A DNA stretch of 64,000 nucleotides from Macrostomum lignano (GCA_002269645.1 NIVC01001750.1:1-64000), one strand, 5' to 3'; shown: positions 12,757-31,499, counted from the stretch's first letter. A program made the numbers and translations. Notes: generated from the sequence alone by a model not told the origin.

Positions 12757-15700
12757 TTATTTTATATCCTTACTTCCCCTCAGCAGCTTCATCGCCTGTC
12801 GAGTTTCCGTCTCGGGCAGACGGACTCCAATGGGACTCATGCCGTACAGCAGGAACTCCATCTTGTACATCTCTATCTGGCTGATGTAGTGGAATGTGGC
12901 CGAGGCCTTGCTGACGCAGCCGCGGTGACACTGCGTTGGTATCATTGGTAAGGCGTGGATTGCTAATCTAGCTAAGATGTGCAGATGGATTGCTAATCTA
13001 GCCAAGATATGCAGAATGGATTGCTAATCTAGCCAAGATACACAATGGATTGCTAATCTAGCCAAGATGCATAATGGATTGCTAATCTAGCCAAGATGCA
13101 TAATGGATTGCTAATCTAGCCAAGATGCATAATGGATTGTTAATCTAACCAAGATGCATAATGGATTGCTAATCTAGCCAAGATATGCATAATGGATTGC
13201 TAATCTAGCCAATCTATGCAGATGGATTGCTAATCTAGCCAAGATGCATAATGGATTGCTAATCTAGCCAAGATGCATAATGGATTGTTAATCTAGCCAA
13301 GATGCATAATGGATTGCTAATCTAGCCAAGATGCATAATGGATTGCTAATCTAGCCAAGATGCATAATGGATTGCTAATCTAGCCAAGATGCATAATGGA
13401 TTGCTAATCTAGCCAAGATGCATAATGGATTGCTAATCTAGCCAAGATGCATAATGGATTGCTAAATAGCCTACATGTATAAGGAATAGAGTATAACGTA
13501 TTGAGATGCTCACAGCCTTAAACTTGAAGTAGTTGAAGGTGTGCATCCACTTGGGCATGGGCATGGCGCCCCAGCCAATCATGTACTCCGGTGTCAGAGG
13601 ATGGAACCGCTCCAGGCCGCTCGAGTCGCGACTGTCAATGAACTCAACGCCAAGTCCTTTCAGACAGGAGCCTAAGGGTTGGTTCGAATGGGTTTGTTAA
13701 TTTGAGCTGTCAGTCACCCTCTAGATTTATCAGTACTAGATCTGTTTCACCCTCTAGATCTGTCACCCTCTAGATCTGTCACCCTCTAAATCTGTCACCC
13801 TCTAGATCTGTCACCCTCTAGATCTGTCACCCTCTAAATCTGTCACCCTCTAGATCTGTCACTCTCTAGATCTGTCACTCTCTAGATCTGTCACCCTCTA
13901 GATCTGTCACCCTCTAGATCTGTCACCCTCTAGATCTGTCACTCTCTAGATCTGTCACTCTCTAGATCTGTCACCCTCTAGATCTGTCGCCCTCTAGATT
14001 TATCAGTACTAGATCTGTCACCCTCTAGATCTGTCACCCTCTACACCTGTAACACCCAGCAACAGTCCCAAACCAACCCAAAAAAAATCCCAAACCAACC
14101 CAGCAAAATTCCCAAACCAACCCAGAAAAATTCCCAAACCAACCCAGCAAAATTCCCAAACCAACCCAGCAAAATTCCCAAACCAACCCAGCAACGGTCC
14201 CAAACCAACCCAGAAAAATTCCCAAACCAACCCAGAAAAATTCCCAAACCAACCCAGCAAAATTCCCAAACCAACCCAGCAAAATTCCCAAACCAACCCA
14301 GCAAAATTCCCAAACCAACCCAGCAAAATTCCCAAACCAACCCAGAAAAATTCCCAAACCAACCCAGCATGAAATCCTCCGAGTGGCGCAGCTGCCTCTG
14401 GCACGGATCCAATTTCGGATTTCGAACGGCCGCACTTAAAAAAGTTCGCAGTGCCCTTCGAGACAGGGCGTACCCGGCACCGCCCGACATGTAGGGCTTG
14501 TTGGCATCGCCGCTGTATTTGAACTTTCGGCCTACAAAACTCGGCCTGTCAGGGTTCAGCGGGAGCAAAATCAATCTTAAGTTCTCCATCACCGCGAAGG
14601 TGTCATCGTCAGCTTTGAAAATGAAGTCGAACTGGTCCAGATCGAAGTTCTTCTCCGCGTAGTCAAGAGACATCCACGTTTTCTGCCAGAGGTTGTCGTG
14701 AGTCTCCGTGACGTTCAGTCCTGAGTTCAGTGATGTGAATTGGCAAGTGACTCGCCTAAAGATGTCAAGACTAAGATATCACAGACACCAAAAATGGCGC
14801 CTCACAGACACTAAGATTCGCGCCACACAGACACCATCGTTGGCGCCACACAAACACCAAGATTAGCGCCTAATAGACATCATCAATGGAGCCACACAGA
14901 CAGCATCATTGGGGCCAAACAGACACCAAGATCGGCGCCGCACAGACACCAAGATTGGCGCCGCACAGACACCAAGATTGGCGCCTCACAGACACCATCA
15001 TTGGCGCCACACAAACACCAAGATTAGCGCCTCACAGACATCATCAATGGCGCCACACAGACACCAAGATCGGCGCCTCACAGACACTAAGATTGGCGCC
15101 TCACAGACACCAAGATTGGCGCCTCACAGACACCAAGATTAGCGCCTCACAGATATCATCAATGGCGCCACACAGACACCAAGATTGGCGCCTCACAGAC
15201 ACTAAGATTGGCGCCTCACAGACACTAAGATTCGCGCCTCACAGAAACTACGATTGGCGCCTCACAGACACCAAGATCGGCGCTTCACAGACATCAAGAT
15301 TGGCGCCTCACAGACACCGTCAATGGCGCCACACAGACACCAAGATCGGCGCCTCACAGACACCAAGATCGGCGCTTCACAGACACCAAGATTAACGCCT
15401 CACAGACACCAAGATTCGCGCCTCACAGAAACTACGATTGGCGCCTCACAGACATCAAGATCGGCGCCTCACAGACATCAAGATTGGCGCCTCACAGACA
15501 CCGTCAATGGCGCCACACAGACACCAAGATCGGCGCCTCACAGACACTAAGATTGGCGCCACACAGACACCAAGATTGGCGCCTCACAGACACCAAGATT
15601 GGCGCCTCACAGACACTAAGATTCGCGCCTCACAGGCACCTGCATTGGCGCCCGCAAGCATTAAAATTCAAGGCACAACAGGGGCAAAGGTTACTCATCC

Positions 15701-16104
15701 TGCTCACTCATCAAAGGCAAACTCAGATTGGTTGGCTGGCTGCCAACAAACACGTGCCGATTGCACCGCCTGGCCCAGGTGTTATTAACAGCCGTTGCTC
15801 TTGTCGCGTAGTTGCCAGGATGGGTGATAATCAGGCAGAGGATTCGAACTCGCTTGTACAGTTCGGCAGGAATGTCCAGCTGAGGCGAGCTCAAGGATTT
15901 TCTGCTGGCATTGGTCTGATTTCCCATCTCAGTGAGCTGCTGTGACCTCATCTGCGACCCAGCTGCATTCACCATCACTCGGGCGCCGTCACCAAGCATT
16001 TTTGTAGTTAGATGAGCGAAATGAGTTGCCATGGCGCCAACAATGAGGCCGCAGATTAATGGCAGCCATTTCCTGCTGCCAACAGTTGCCATGCCAACAA
16101 CCAT
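12757..16104 (-). CDS. C1GALT1: Core-1 beta-1,3-galactosyltransferase-like (T-synthase, GT31), copy A, 361 aa
   Basis: Exons 16104-15708, 14720-14364, 13671-13514, 12930-12757 (phases 1,1,0). N-terminal type II TM (WLPLICGLIVGAMATHF), RILCLIITHP, NTWARRC, NLWQKTW, KADDDT, YMSGGAGYALS, SEDFMLG.C, ERFHP, ATFHY..MYKMEFLLY. Symbol denotes family-level similarity. Confidence 0.9.
12955..13468. repeat. 29-bp minisatellite in intron 3 of copy A (ATGGATTGCTAATCTAGCCAAGATGCATA); paralog at 20128-20665
   Basis: Period 29. Confidence 0.95.
13715..14368. repeat. Intron 2 of copy A: 16-bp (AGATCTGTCACCCTCT) then 22-bp (AAACCAACCCAGCAAAATTCCC) arrays; 22-bp paralog at 20945-21218
   Basis: Direct periodicity. 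Confidence 0.95.
14790..15650. repeat. 23-bp minisatellite in intron 1 of copy A (GATTGGCGCCTCACAGACACCAA); paralog at 21670-22720 (GATTGGCGCCTCAAATGCACCAA)
   Basis: Direct periodicity. Confidence 0.95.
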
Positions 16105-16373
16105 AGTTTACTGTCGTATCTAGAAGATGAATTTTGAAGAATTTTTGCGACAGCTGTGAGTTTAAATCTTTTTATTATTGCGAAATTTAGATAAAAGTAG
16201 AACGTTAGCTCAAATGATAAGTGCTTGCGTGTGGGCTCAGTGCCATAGACATATGTGAGCCATATATCGCGTTTCTATATTCATTTTTCAAATCAATATT
16301 ACTCTCGCTTTCACAGGCAAACTTCCCAAGCTCCAACTCCAAACTCAAGCTGAACTTTACGCACTCACACTTC

Positions 16374-16646
16374 AATAATAATAAAATAATTGATTACACT
16401 GTCCCAATTAGGCCAGGTGTACAACCGACAGCTCAGTCAAAGCTACGGCTGTTCAGTCCAAGGACTGGGGGTCGCCACACACAGCCTCAATCACCTCAGC
16501 TAATGCTGGCACCCATTTTACAGCTGGGTGAACTGAAGCAATGCAGAGTTAAGTGTCCTGCTCAAGGACACAAATTGTTCCGAGTGCGATCTGGAATCGA
16601 ACCCCCGACCTTCAACTCGTGAGTTCGAGGCTACAACCCCACAAAA
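16374..16646 (-). mobile_element. tRNA-derived SINE with CORE/MIR-like central domain, A-box degraded
   Basis: Minus strand: B-box GGTTCGATTCC (16603-16593), then GTGTCCTTGAGCAGGACACTTAAC...CACCCAGCTGTAAAATGGGT, then an (ATT)n tail. ACACTTC flanks both ends (16367-16373, 16647-16653). Absent from the paralogous region of unit B. Confidence 0.7.
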
Positions 16647-16659
16647 ACACTTCTGCACA

Positions 16660-17190
16660 AACTTTAAAGTTCAAAACAAAACTTCACAAACTCGAACTAA
16701 ACTTCACAAACTCAAGCAAAACTTCACAAACTCGAACAAAACTTCACAAAATTGAACTAAACTTCACAAAATTGACTTAAAATTCACAAAATTGAACTAA
16801 ACTTCACAAACTCAAGCAAAACTTCACAAACTCAAACAAAACTTCACAAACTCGAACAAACCTTCACAAACTCAAACAAAACTTCACAAACTCGAACAAA
16901 ACTTCACAAACTCAAACAAAACTTCACAAACTCAAGCAAAACTTCACAAACTTTAACAAAACTTCACAAACTTTAACAAAACCTTCACAAACTCAAGCAA
17001 AACTTCACAAACTCGAACAAAACCTTCACAAACTCAAACAAAACCTTCACAAACTCAAACAAAACTTCACAAACTCGAACAAAACTTTACAAAATTGAAC
17101 AAAACCTTTACAAACTTTAACAAAACCTTCACAAACTTTAACAAAACCTTCACAAACTCAAACAAAACTTCACAAACTGGAACTAAACTT
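16660..17190. repeat. 21/22-bp AC-rich minisatellite (AAAACTTCACAAACTCGAACA); paralog at 23385-24310
   Basis: Direct periodicity. Confidence 0.95.
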
Positions 17191-17869
17191 ATAAATTAAA
17201 ATTCACCTACTTTCACGCGAAAGTTTTTACTTTAGCGATTGGCAGACTTGCAGAAATAATTCTTCGCAAAATATCTGAAGTTAAAAAAAAGCTTGAATTG
17301 TCAACTTGGGAAGCTTCTGCATGTAAGGTAGTTGAAAATTCTTTTTAACAAAAAAGCTGTCACCGGAGTACTGCATGGGCACATGGGGGAAGGGCAGTGT
17401 AGAGTTCTCTCACTGACACCTGTGCTCTGTGGCACCGGACCCACCCCCCCCCCACGGAGGAAGAGGGGGCTAAACCGACAAACCTCAGAAGCCCCCCCCC
17501 CCCCACAACTTATAACTTATATTCGCAACTTGATATGCAGTTTTTTAGGTTATCGATTTTTTTCTGTACAAAAATTATGCTTATTTGCTTGCATACAGCA
17601 GTGCATAAAAGTCAAAAAATGAATTCTATTTCAAAGTGAGAGAAAGTCAGCCGAAGTCGCAAATATGACGCTTCTTTTACTTGAGAAACTTTTCACGATT
17701 TTTCTCTATTAAACAATTCCAAGTGGCTCCTTTTATTACCAGGATAAAGGGAGGTTAAGACACCTGGAAATTGTGGGGGGCATCAAAATGGCGCCAGTAA
17801 ACTGGGAGCGCCAGTTCAATCAGTGCCAGAAAAGCGCTCCGTACATTGTAAGTAGGAATGGGGCGCTAG

Positions 17870-18035
17870 AAAGAGTGGCGCCAGGAAAAGGGCGCCAGGA
17901 AGAGTGGTGCCAGGAAAAGGGCGCCAGGAAGATTGGCGCCAGGAAAAGGGCGCCAGGAAAAGTGGAGCCAGGAAGAGGGCGCCAGGAAGAGTGGCACTAA
18001 GATAAGTGGTGCCAGGAAGAGGGGCGCCAGAAGAG
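17870..18035. repeat. 15-bp satellite (GGAAGAGGGGCGCCA); further arrays at 25000-25290 and 29196-29300
   Basis: Direct periodicity. Confidence 0.9.
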
Positions 18036-18221
18036 ACAGCCCATGCGATGCTATTGGTGTATTATGAAAATTTAATAAAAGCTGAAAAATGTTCAACCGG
18101 GCGATTTAACCTTCGAATAGTTTTGAAAATAAAATAAAATCTTTTAATGCTTATTTTCTCATAATATATATTTTGGTTTTGGCACTGAGTCATACAGGAA
18201 TTGCAACTATCTCACTCTCTC

Positions 18222-18685
<464 letters not shown>

Positions 18686-19936
18686 TTTAGTGCTTGTCTG
18701 GTGAGTGCGCACCTTATAGCCATATTGCTAATTTATGAAGGCTGCACAGAGGATACAGTAGATAGATAGAGAATGGGACAGACGCTCAGACATTTGCACT
18801 ACAATAGAAACTTCATCAATAAAATGGCTGGAAATCTAGTGAGCTTGTCCGTTGACTGCAAAAATGAAGTGCAATATGCTTCGAGTTATATTCAATTAGC
18901 TAAGCCCTCGGATAAAGTATGAGTCTGTTTAACGGGTGACTCATAAAAAGTTGGTAGTTAATAAATCGATTATCTCGAGAGTGCATCGTGAACTTTTTTA
19001 TTAATATCGTACGAAATTAATAAATCAATGAACAGCAGCTGCAATTCTCTTGAGAAATTATTGAGGATATCAAATTTCTTGATTAATAAACTTGCATCCG
19101 ACGAGGAAGATAAAGTGACATATGTATTTATGCATATTCATTTTGTTCGCCTGATTTCGGCAACTGAGATTGTCGCATTAAAAACACAGGATATGAGACA
19201 TTGTGAGATTCTTGGGTAGGATTGGATGCAATATACTAAGATTATTTGGTGAGATTAAATGAGCAGAGGAGATAAGATAAGATTTTGTGAGGAATTTTGA
19301 TGAGAACAGAAGAAAATCAAGTTAGCTTTAAGAAGAGATTAGATGCTAAATCAACCGACTTACCTGTTGATTAAAAATATCAGAATTGAGGAGATGTAGT
19401 GAAATTAGATTAAATTTAGTCATAATAGACGAGATTTAGTGAGATTTGATGTGATATAGTGATATTAGATTAGATTCAGTGAGATTAGATAAGCTTTAGT
19501 GAGATTAGATGAGATTTAGTGAGTTTAGATGAGATGCCATGAGATTAGACGAAATGTAGTTATATTAGATAGGATGCAGTGAGATTAGATGAGATTTAGT
19601 GAGATTAGATGATATAGATATGGTAAGATTAGATGTAATTTAATGACATTATATGGGATTCTCTAAGATTAGATAAAAAAGACTCGCGAGTTGAGACAAG
19701 GCAAAAATAAATAGCAACAAAATACGAGTAATTGTAACCAGTAATTTTTTTGATGCATCTATCTTGTGAAATGACAGCACAGATAGACTTATCTAAACTA
19801 CTCAAAGTAGTTGAAAAGCAAAAATTAAACGAGAATTTAAATCAGGAAAGAACATATAATATTAAATAAGATATTTTTTGACTGCAAAGAATGCCCGGGC
19901 ACTTCAAAACTACAAAAATGCTTTTTATACACATCG

Positions 19937-22900
19937 TTAACGACTTCCCCTCAGCAGCTTCATCGCTTGTCGAGTTTCCGTCTCGGGCAGACGGACTCCA
20001 ATGGGGCTCATGCCGTACAGCAGGAACTCCATCTTGTACATCTCTATCTGGCTGATGTAGTGGAATGTGGCCGAGGCCTTGCTGACGCAGCCGCGGTGAC
20101 ACTGCGTTGGTAATATTGGTAAGGCGGTGGATTGCTAGTCTAGCCAAGATGCATAATGGATTGCTAGTCTAGCCAAGATGCATAATGGAATGCTAATCTT
20201 GCCAAGATGCATGATGGATTGCTAGTCTAGCCAAGATGCATAATGGAATGCTAATCTTGCCAAGATGCATGATGGATTGCTAGTCTAGCCAAGATGCATA
20301 ATGGATTGCTAATCTTGCCAAGATGCATGATGGATTGCTAGTCTAACCAATATGCATAATGGATTGCTAATCTAGCCTATATATGCAGATGGATTGCTAA
20401 TCTAGCCAAGATGCATAATGGATTGCTAATCTAGCCAATCTATGCAGATGGATTGCTAATCCAGCAAAGATGCAGAATGGATTGCTAATCTAGCCAATAT
20501 ACATAATGGATTGCTAATCTAGCCAAGATGCATAATGGATTGCTAATCTAGCCAAGATGCATAATGAATTGCTAATCTAGCCAAGATGCACAATGGATTG
20601 CTAATCTAGCCAAGATGCAGAATGGATTGCTAATCTAGCCAAGATGCAGAATGGATTGCTAAATAGCCTACATGTATAAGGAATAGAGTATAACGTATTA
20701 AGATGCTCACAGCCTTAAACTTGAAGTAGTTGAAGGTGTGCATCCACTTGGGCATGGTCATGGGGCCCCAGCCAATCATGTACTCCGGTGTCAGAGGATG
20801 GAACCGCTCCAGGCCGCTCGAGTCGCGACTGTCAATGAACTCAACGCCAAGTCCTTTCAGACAGGAGCCTAAGGGTTGGTTCGAATGGGTTTGGGGATAA
20901 AATCGACACGATTACATCAGATCTGTCACCCTCTAGATCTGTCACCAACCCAGCAACAGTCCCAAACCAACCCAGCAACAGTCCCAAACCAACCCAGCAA
21001 CAGTCCCAAACCAACCCAGCAACAGTCCCAAACCAACCCAGCAACAGTCCCAAACCAACCCAGCAACAGTCCCAAACCAACCCAGCAACAGTCCCAAACC
21101 AACCCAGCAACAGTCCCAAACCAACCCAGCAACAGTCCCAAACCAACCCAGCAACAGTCCCAAACCAACCCAGCAACAGTCCCAAACAAACCCAGCAAAA
21201 CTCCCAAACCAACCCAGCATGAAATCCTCCGAGTGGCGCAGCTGCCTCTGGCACGGATCCAATTTCGGATTTCGAACGGCCGCACTTAGAAAAGTTCGCA
21301 GTGCCCTTCGAGACAGGGCGTACCCGGCACCACCTGACATGTAGGGCCTGTTGGCGTCGCCGCTGTACCTGAACTTTCGGCCTACAAAACTCGGCCTGTC
21401 AGGGTTCAGTGGGAGCAAAATCAATCTTAAGTTCTCCATCACCGCGTAAGTGTCATCGTCAGCTTTGAAAATGAAGTCGAACTGGTCCAGATCGAAGTTC
21501 TTCTCCGCGTAGTCAAGAGACATCCACGTTTTCTGCCAGAGGTTGTCGTGAGTCTCCGTGACGTTCAGTCCTGAGTTTGCGTTTTTTTTGCGTTCAGATA
21601 AATTAGTTCTGAATTGGCAACCCACTTAACATGCACCAAGACTTGCGGTTCACAGCCACAAGGACACACAGACACTGAGATTGGCGCCTCAAATTTTATC
21701 AAGATTGGCGCCTCAAATTTTATCAAGATTGGCGCCTCAAATTTTATCAAGATTGGCGCCTCAAATTTTATCAAGATTGGCGCCTCAAATGCACCAAGGT
21801 TTGGCGCCTCAAATGCATCAAGATTGGCGCTTCAAATGCACCAAGATTGGCGCTTCAAATGCACCAAGATTGACGCCTCAAATTTCAACAAGATTGGCGC
21901 CTCGAATGCACAAAGATTGGCGCCTCAAAAGCACCAAGATTGGCGCCTGAAATGCACAAAGATTGGCGCCTCAAATTTCATCAAGATTGGCGCCTCAAAA
22001 GCACCAAGATTGGCGCCTCAAATGCACCAAGATTGGCGCTTCAGATGCACCAAGATTGGCGCTTCAAATGCACCAAGATTGACGCCTCAAATTTCAACAA
22101 GATTGGCGCCTCGAATGCACAAAGATTGGCGCCTCAAAAGCACCAAGATTGGCGCCTGAAATGCACAAAGATTGGCGCGTAAATGCACCAAGATTGGCGC
22201 CTCAAATGCACCAAGATTGGCGCTTCAAATGCACCAAGATTGGCACTTCAAATGCACCAAGATTGGCGCTTCAAATGCACCAAGATTGGCACTTCAAATG
22301 CACCAAGATTGGCGCCTAAAATTCACCAAGATTGGTGCCTGAAATGCACAAAGATTGGCGCCCTGAAATGCACAAAGATTGGCACCTCAAAAGCACCAAG
22401 ATTGGCGCCTCAAATGCACCAAGACTGGCGCTTCAAATGCACCAAGATTGGCGCCTCAAATGCATAAAGATTGGCGCTTCAAATGCACCAAGATTGGCGC
22501 CTCAAATGCATCAAGATTGGCGCCTAAAATGCCTAAAATGCACCAGGATTGGCGCCTGAAATGCACCAAGATTGGCGCCTGAAATGCACCAAGATTGGCG
22601 CCTGAAATGCACCAAGATTGGCGCCTGAAATGCACCAAGATTGGCGCCTGAAATGCACCAAGATTGGCGCCTGAAATGCACCAAGATTGGCGCTTCGAAT
22701 TTCATCAAGATTGGCGCCTCACAGACATGATAGTCTGGTGTAAGACAAGCACAAAGCAGAAGTACACTTTTACTAATAAAACAACATCCTCACTCATCAA
22801 AGGCAAACTCAGATTGGTTGGCTGGCTGCCAACAAACACGTGCCGATTGCACCGCCTGGCCCAGGTGTTATTAACAGCCGTCGCTCTTGTCGCGTAGTTG

Positions 22901-23178
22901 CCAGGATGGGTGATAATCAGACAGAGGATTCGAACTCGCTTGTACAGCTCGGCAGGAATGTCCAGCTGAGTCGAGCTCAAGGATTTTCTGGTGGCATTGG
23001 TCTGATTTCCCATCTCAGTCAGCTGCTGTGACCTCATCTGCGGCCCAGCTGCATTCGCCATCACTCGGGCGCTGTCTCCAAGCATTTTTGTTGTTAGATG
23101 AGCGAAATGAGTTGCCATGGCGCCAACAATGAGGCCGCAGATTAGTGGCAGCCATTTCCTGCTGCCAACAGTTGCCAT
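19937..23178 (-). CDS. C1GALT1: C1GALT1-like copy B, 354 aa, recent tandem duplicate of copy A
   Basis: Exons 23178-22794, 21570-21214, 20868-20711, 20101-19937. Same motifs as copy A. Exon 2 differs from A at 10 of 357 nt (hand count). Confidence 0.9.
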
Positions 23179-25111
23179 GGCAACCAAATTAGTATCGTAT
23201 CTAGAAATGATGAATGATTGAGCAGGTTGCGATAGTTGAAATGTAGCAGAGTTATTCTCAAAACTATATGCTTAAAATTAACGCTTTGAATTTTAAAATG
23301 CTTTACTTTCAACTAATATACGTTTGCTAATCATAAGCTTGCAGAAGGTCGCTTTCACAGTCTTGAAATCGGTCAAACTGGAAACGTCACAAACTCGAAC
23401 AAAACCTTCACAAACTAGAACAAACCTTCACAAACTCGAATAAAATCTTCACAAACTCGAACAAACCTTCACAAACTCGAATAAAATCTTCACAAACTCG
23501 AACAAAACTTTACAAACTCAAACAAAATCTTCACAAACTCAAACAAACCTTCACAAACTCGAAAAAAACCTTTGAAAACTCGAACAAACCTTCACAAACT
23601 CGAACAAAACTTCACAAATTCGAACAGACCTTCACAAACTCGAACAAACCTTCACAAACTCGAACAAACCTTCACAAACTCGAACAAAATCTTCACAAAC
23701 TCAAACAAAATCTTCACAAACTCAAACAAACCTTCACAAACTCGAAAAAACCTTCACAAACTCGAATAAACCTTCACAAACTCAAACAAAACCTTCACAA
23801 ACTCGAACAAAACTTCGCAAACTCGAACAAACCTTCACAAACTCGAACAAAACTTCGCAAACTCGAACAAACCTTCACAAACTCGAACAAACCTTCACAA
23901 ACTCGAACAAACCTTCACAAACTCGAACAAACCTTCACAAACTCGAACAAAACTTCACTAACTAGAACAAACCTTCACAAACTCGAACAAAACTTCACTA
24001 ACTAGAACAAAACTTCACAAACTAGAACAAAACTTCACTAACTAGAACAAAACTTCACAAACTAGAACAAAACTTCACAAATTCGAACAAAACTTCACTA
24101 ACTAGAACAAAACTTCACAAACTAGAACAAAACTTCACTAACTAGAACAAAACTTCACTAACTAGAACAAAACTTCACAAATTCGAACAAAACTTCGCAA
24201 ACTCGAACAAAACTTCACAAACTCGAACAAACCTTCACAAACTCGAACAAAACTTCGCAAACTCGAACAAACCTTCACAAACTCGAACAAAACCTTCACA
24301 AACTCGAACTTACTCGCCAAAGTTTAACTACGACGTTTGCAGATTTGCAGAATTTTCTCTTTGCACAAAATCTGAAATTACAAAACCGGCTTGAATTTTC
24401 ATGCGCGAGACGGTGGAGCTTCTGCATGTGTAGTTAAAAATTCTTTTTAGCAAAAATGCTGCATTGGGCACATGGGGGAGCAGTGTACAGTCCCCACGGA
24501 CACCTGTGCTGCTGCACTGTACCCCCGGAGGTGGAGAGACGCCCGCCCCAATGTCTCCCCTCTCTCTCTCTCTCGTTTCACTTTTGAGAAAATCGAAGAA
24601 ATTGAATATGGAAAATTTTGCAAGATATCGCAACTTGATATGCAGTGTTTTAGGTGATCGATTATTTTCTGTGCCCAGAAAAATATGTAGAACTATTCAA
24701 TACTTGCAAAGGGCATAAAATTGAGAAAATGAATTTACGTTCAAAGTGAGAAAGCCAATAAGCAAAGTCTCAAAACTGAAATATGACGCTTCTTTTACCT
24801 TAGAATATTTTTTCCGTTTTTCTACACCTAAGCTGCCCAAGTGGCTCCTTATTAGCGGGGTACAAGGAAGTTGAGAAGACTGACAGTTGGGGGGAGGGGA
24901 GAGCAGCCAGATAGCGCCACTGAAGAGTGAGCGCCTGTTCAATAAGTGCCAGAAAAGCGCTCCGTCCGTAATTAGGAATGAGGCGCTCGTGAAATAAGGG
25001 CGCCAAGATGAGGGGCGCCAAGCTGAGGGCGCCAAGATGAGGGGCGCCAAGATGGGGGTGACAGGAAGAGGGGCGTCAGAAAGAGGGGCGCCAGGATGAG
25101 TGGCGCCATGA

Positions 25112-29195
<4,084 letters not shown>

Positions 29196-29719
29196 AGGGG
29201 CGCCAGGAAGAGTAGCACCAGGAAGAGTGGCGCCAGGAAGAGGGGCGCCAGGAAGAGGGGCGCCAAGAAGAGGGGCGCCAGAAAGAGTAGCGCCACGAAG
29301 AGTGAGTAATAATTCTGATTCCTCCAGGAATCTTCACAGCCAAAGGTGAGAGGAATTATAAAAAGATTAGCTAGTCTTCGCTTTGAAATAATTCTTTAAG
29401 TTGAGGTCCCCAAGCCTCAAGAAACCTCCAGAAGTCTAAAAGCTGGCATTAATACCACTTAAGGAGATTTTAGCATTACTCGTACAGCATGGGTCGAACA
29501 ATTTTTACGGGTTATAAGAAGCCACGAATGAAAAGTTAATGTAAATATATTTATAAAATCAAGGCAGTTTGTGCTGTAGCCTGCTTGTAAACTTCACAAT
29601 TATTTCTACAGGAAAGCATATCAAGTCAGGTAATGATTACTGTTCTCTTTCATCTGTTAATTATAGAGGATTTTATCCTGATATATTAGATTTCTTTCGA
29701 GATACTATCCTGGTAGTTT

Positions 29720-30710
29720 CACATATATCAGTAGGTATTTTCTCAGCTAGATATTTTCTCATCCAGTTGTTTTCTCATCTAGATATTTTCTAAGCTAGGC
29801 ATCTTCTCATTTACATATGTATTTTCTTATCTAACAATCTTCTCATCTAGGTAGGTATTTTCTCATCTAGGTATTGTCTCATCTAGGCATTTTCTCATCA
29901 AGGTAGCTTCTCTCATCTAGGTATTTTCTGATCTAGATAGCTTCTTTCATTTAGGTATTTTCTCATCTAGGTCTTTTCTCATCTAGGTATTTTCTCGTCT
30001 AGTTATTTTCTCAGCTAGGTATTTTCTCATCTAGGTATTTTCTCATCTAGGTATTTTCTCATCTAGGTATTTTCTCAGCTAGGTATTTTCTCACCTAGGT
30101 ATTTTCTCATCTAGGTATTTTCTCATCTAGGTATTTTCTCATCTAGGTATTTTCTCATCTAGGTATTTTCTTATCTAGGTATTTTCTCAGCTAGATATTT
30201 TCTCATCCAGGTGTTTTCTCATCTAGATATTTTCTAAGCTAGGCATCTTCTCATTTACATATGTATTTTCTTATCTAACAATCTTCTCATCTAGGTAGGT
30301 ATTTTCTCATCTAGGTATTTTCTAATCAAGGTAGCTTCTCTCATCTAGGTATTTTCTCATCAAGGTAGCTTCTCTCATTTAGGTATTTTCTCATTTAGGT
30401 ATTTTCTCATTTTCGTATTTTCTTATCTAGGTATTTTCTCAGCTAGGTATTTTCTCATCTATGTATTTTCTCATCTAGGTATTTTCTCATCTAGGTATTT
30501 TCTCATCTAGGTATTTTCTCATCTAGGTATTTTCTCATCTAGGTATTTTCTCATCTAGGTATTTTCTCATCTAGGTATTTTCTCATCTAGGTATTTTCTC
30601 ATCTAGGTATTTTCTCATCTAGGTATTTTCTCATCTAGGTATTTTCTCATCTAGGTATTTTCTCATCTTGGTATTTTCTCATCTAGGTATTTTCTCATCT
30701 AGGTATTGTC
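29720..30710. repeat. 16-bp minisatellite (AGGTATTTTCTCATCT) directly upstream of copy C
   Basis: Period 16. Confidence 0.95.
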
Positions 30711-30741
30711 TGCCTATCAATTCGCACAGTCCATATGACAG

Positions 30742-31499
30742 ATGGCTGGCAGCAACAGGTTACTCTCTCTGGCAGTGGGCCTGGTTGCCGGCGCCATGGT
30801 GACGCAACTGATTCACGTAGCGAACCATTCGTTGGCAATTCACCACCTGACTGATGAGCAGCGGCCAAGCGAAAAATTTGAGCAGCAACTCAAACCTGAG
30901 GCTAAGATTCCTAGTGCAGATTGTCCATCTGCGACGTCTCAGGCAACTCGACTCAATATAGTTGACGAATTGTTTAATAGAGTTCGAATTCTCTGTCTAA
31001 TTATGACTCATCCGGCTAACTATGCCGAGAATGCGGTTGCCGTGAACAACACCTGGGCCAAGCGCTGCAATCGCTATGCTTTCTTTGGTAGCGCCCGGAC
31101 TCGACTGAAGATTCCACTGGTCTGTGAGTTGTGCCACGGGTAGCCCGTTGGCAAGGCGACTTGGAAAAAAGAGAAATGCGCCGCAAATCTAAGAGCGGGG
31201 AGATAAAGAGTTAAGAGGACGGGAAGGGGAGGGAGATATAGGGAGAGGGGAAGAAGGGGAGAGGGGAAGAGAGGGAGAGGGGAAGAGAGAGAGAGAAGGG
31301 AAGAAAGGGAAAGGGGAAGAGAGAGAGAAGGGAAGAAAGGGAAAGGGGAAGAGAGAGAGAAGGGAAGAAAGGGAAAGGGGAAGAGAGAGAGAAGGGAAGA
31401 AAGGGAAAGGGGAAGAGAGAGAGAAGGGAAGAAAGGGAGAGGGGAAGAAAAAGAAGAAAAAGAGAGGGGAAGAGAGGGAGAGGGAAAGAGAGGGAGAAG

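Noticed and set aside
16593-16640. tRNA gene suggested by the B-box
   Set aside because: No intact A-box or cloverleaf; it continues into a SINE body and tail.
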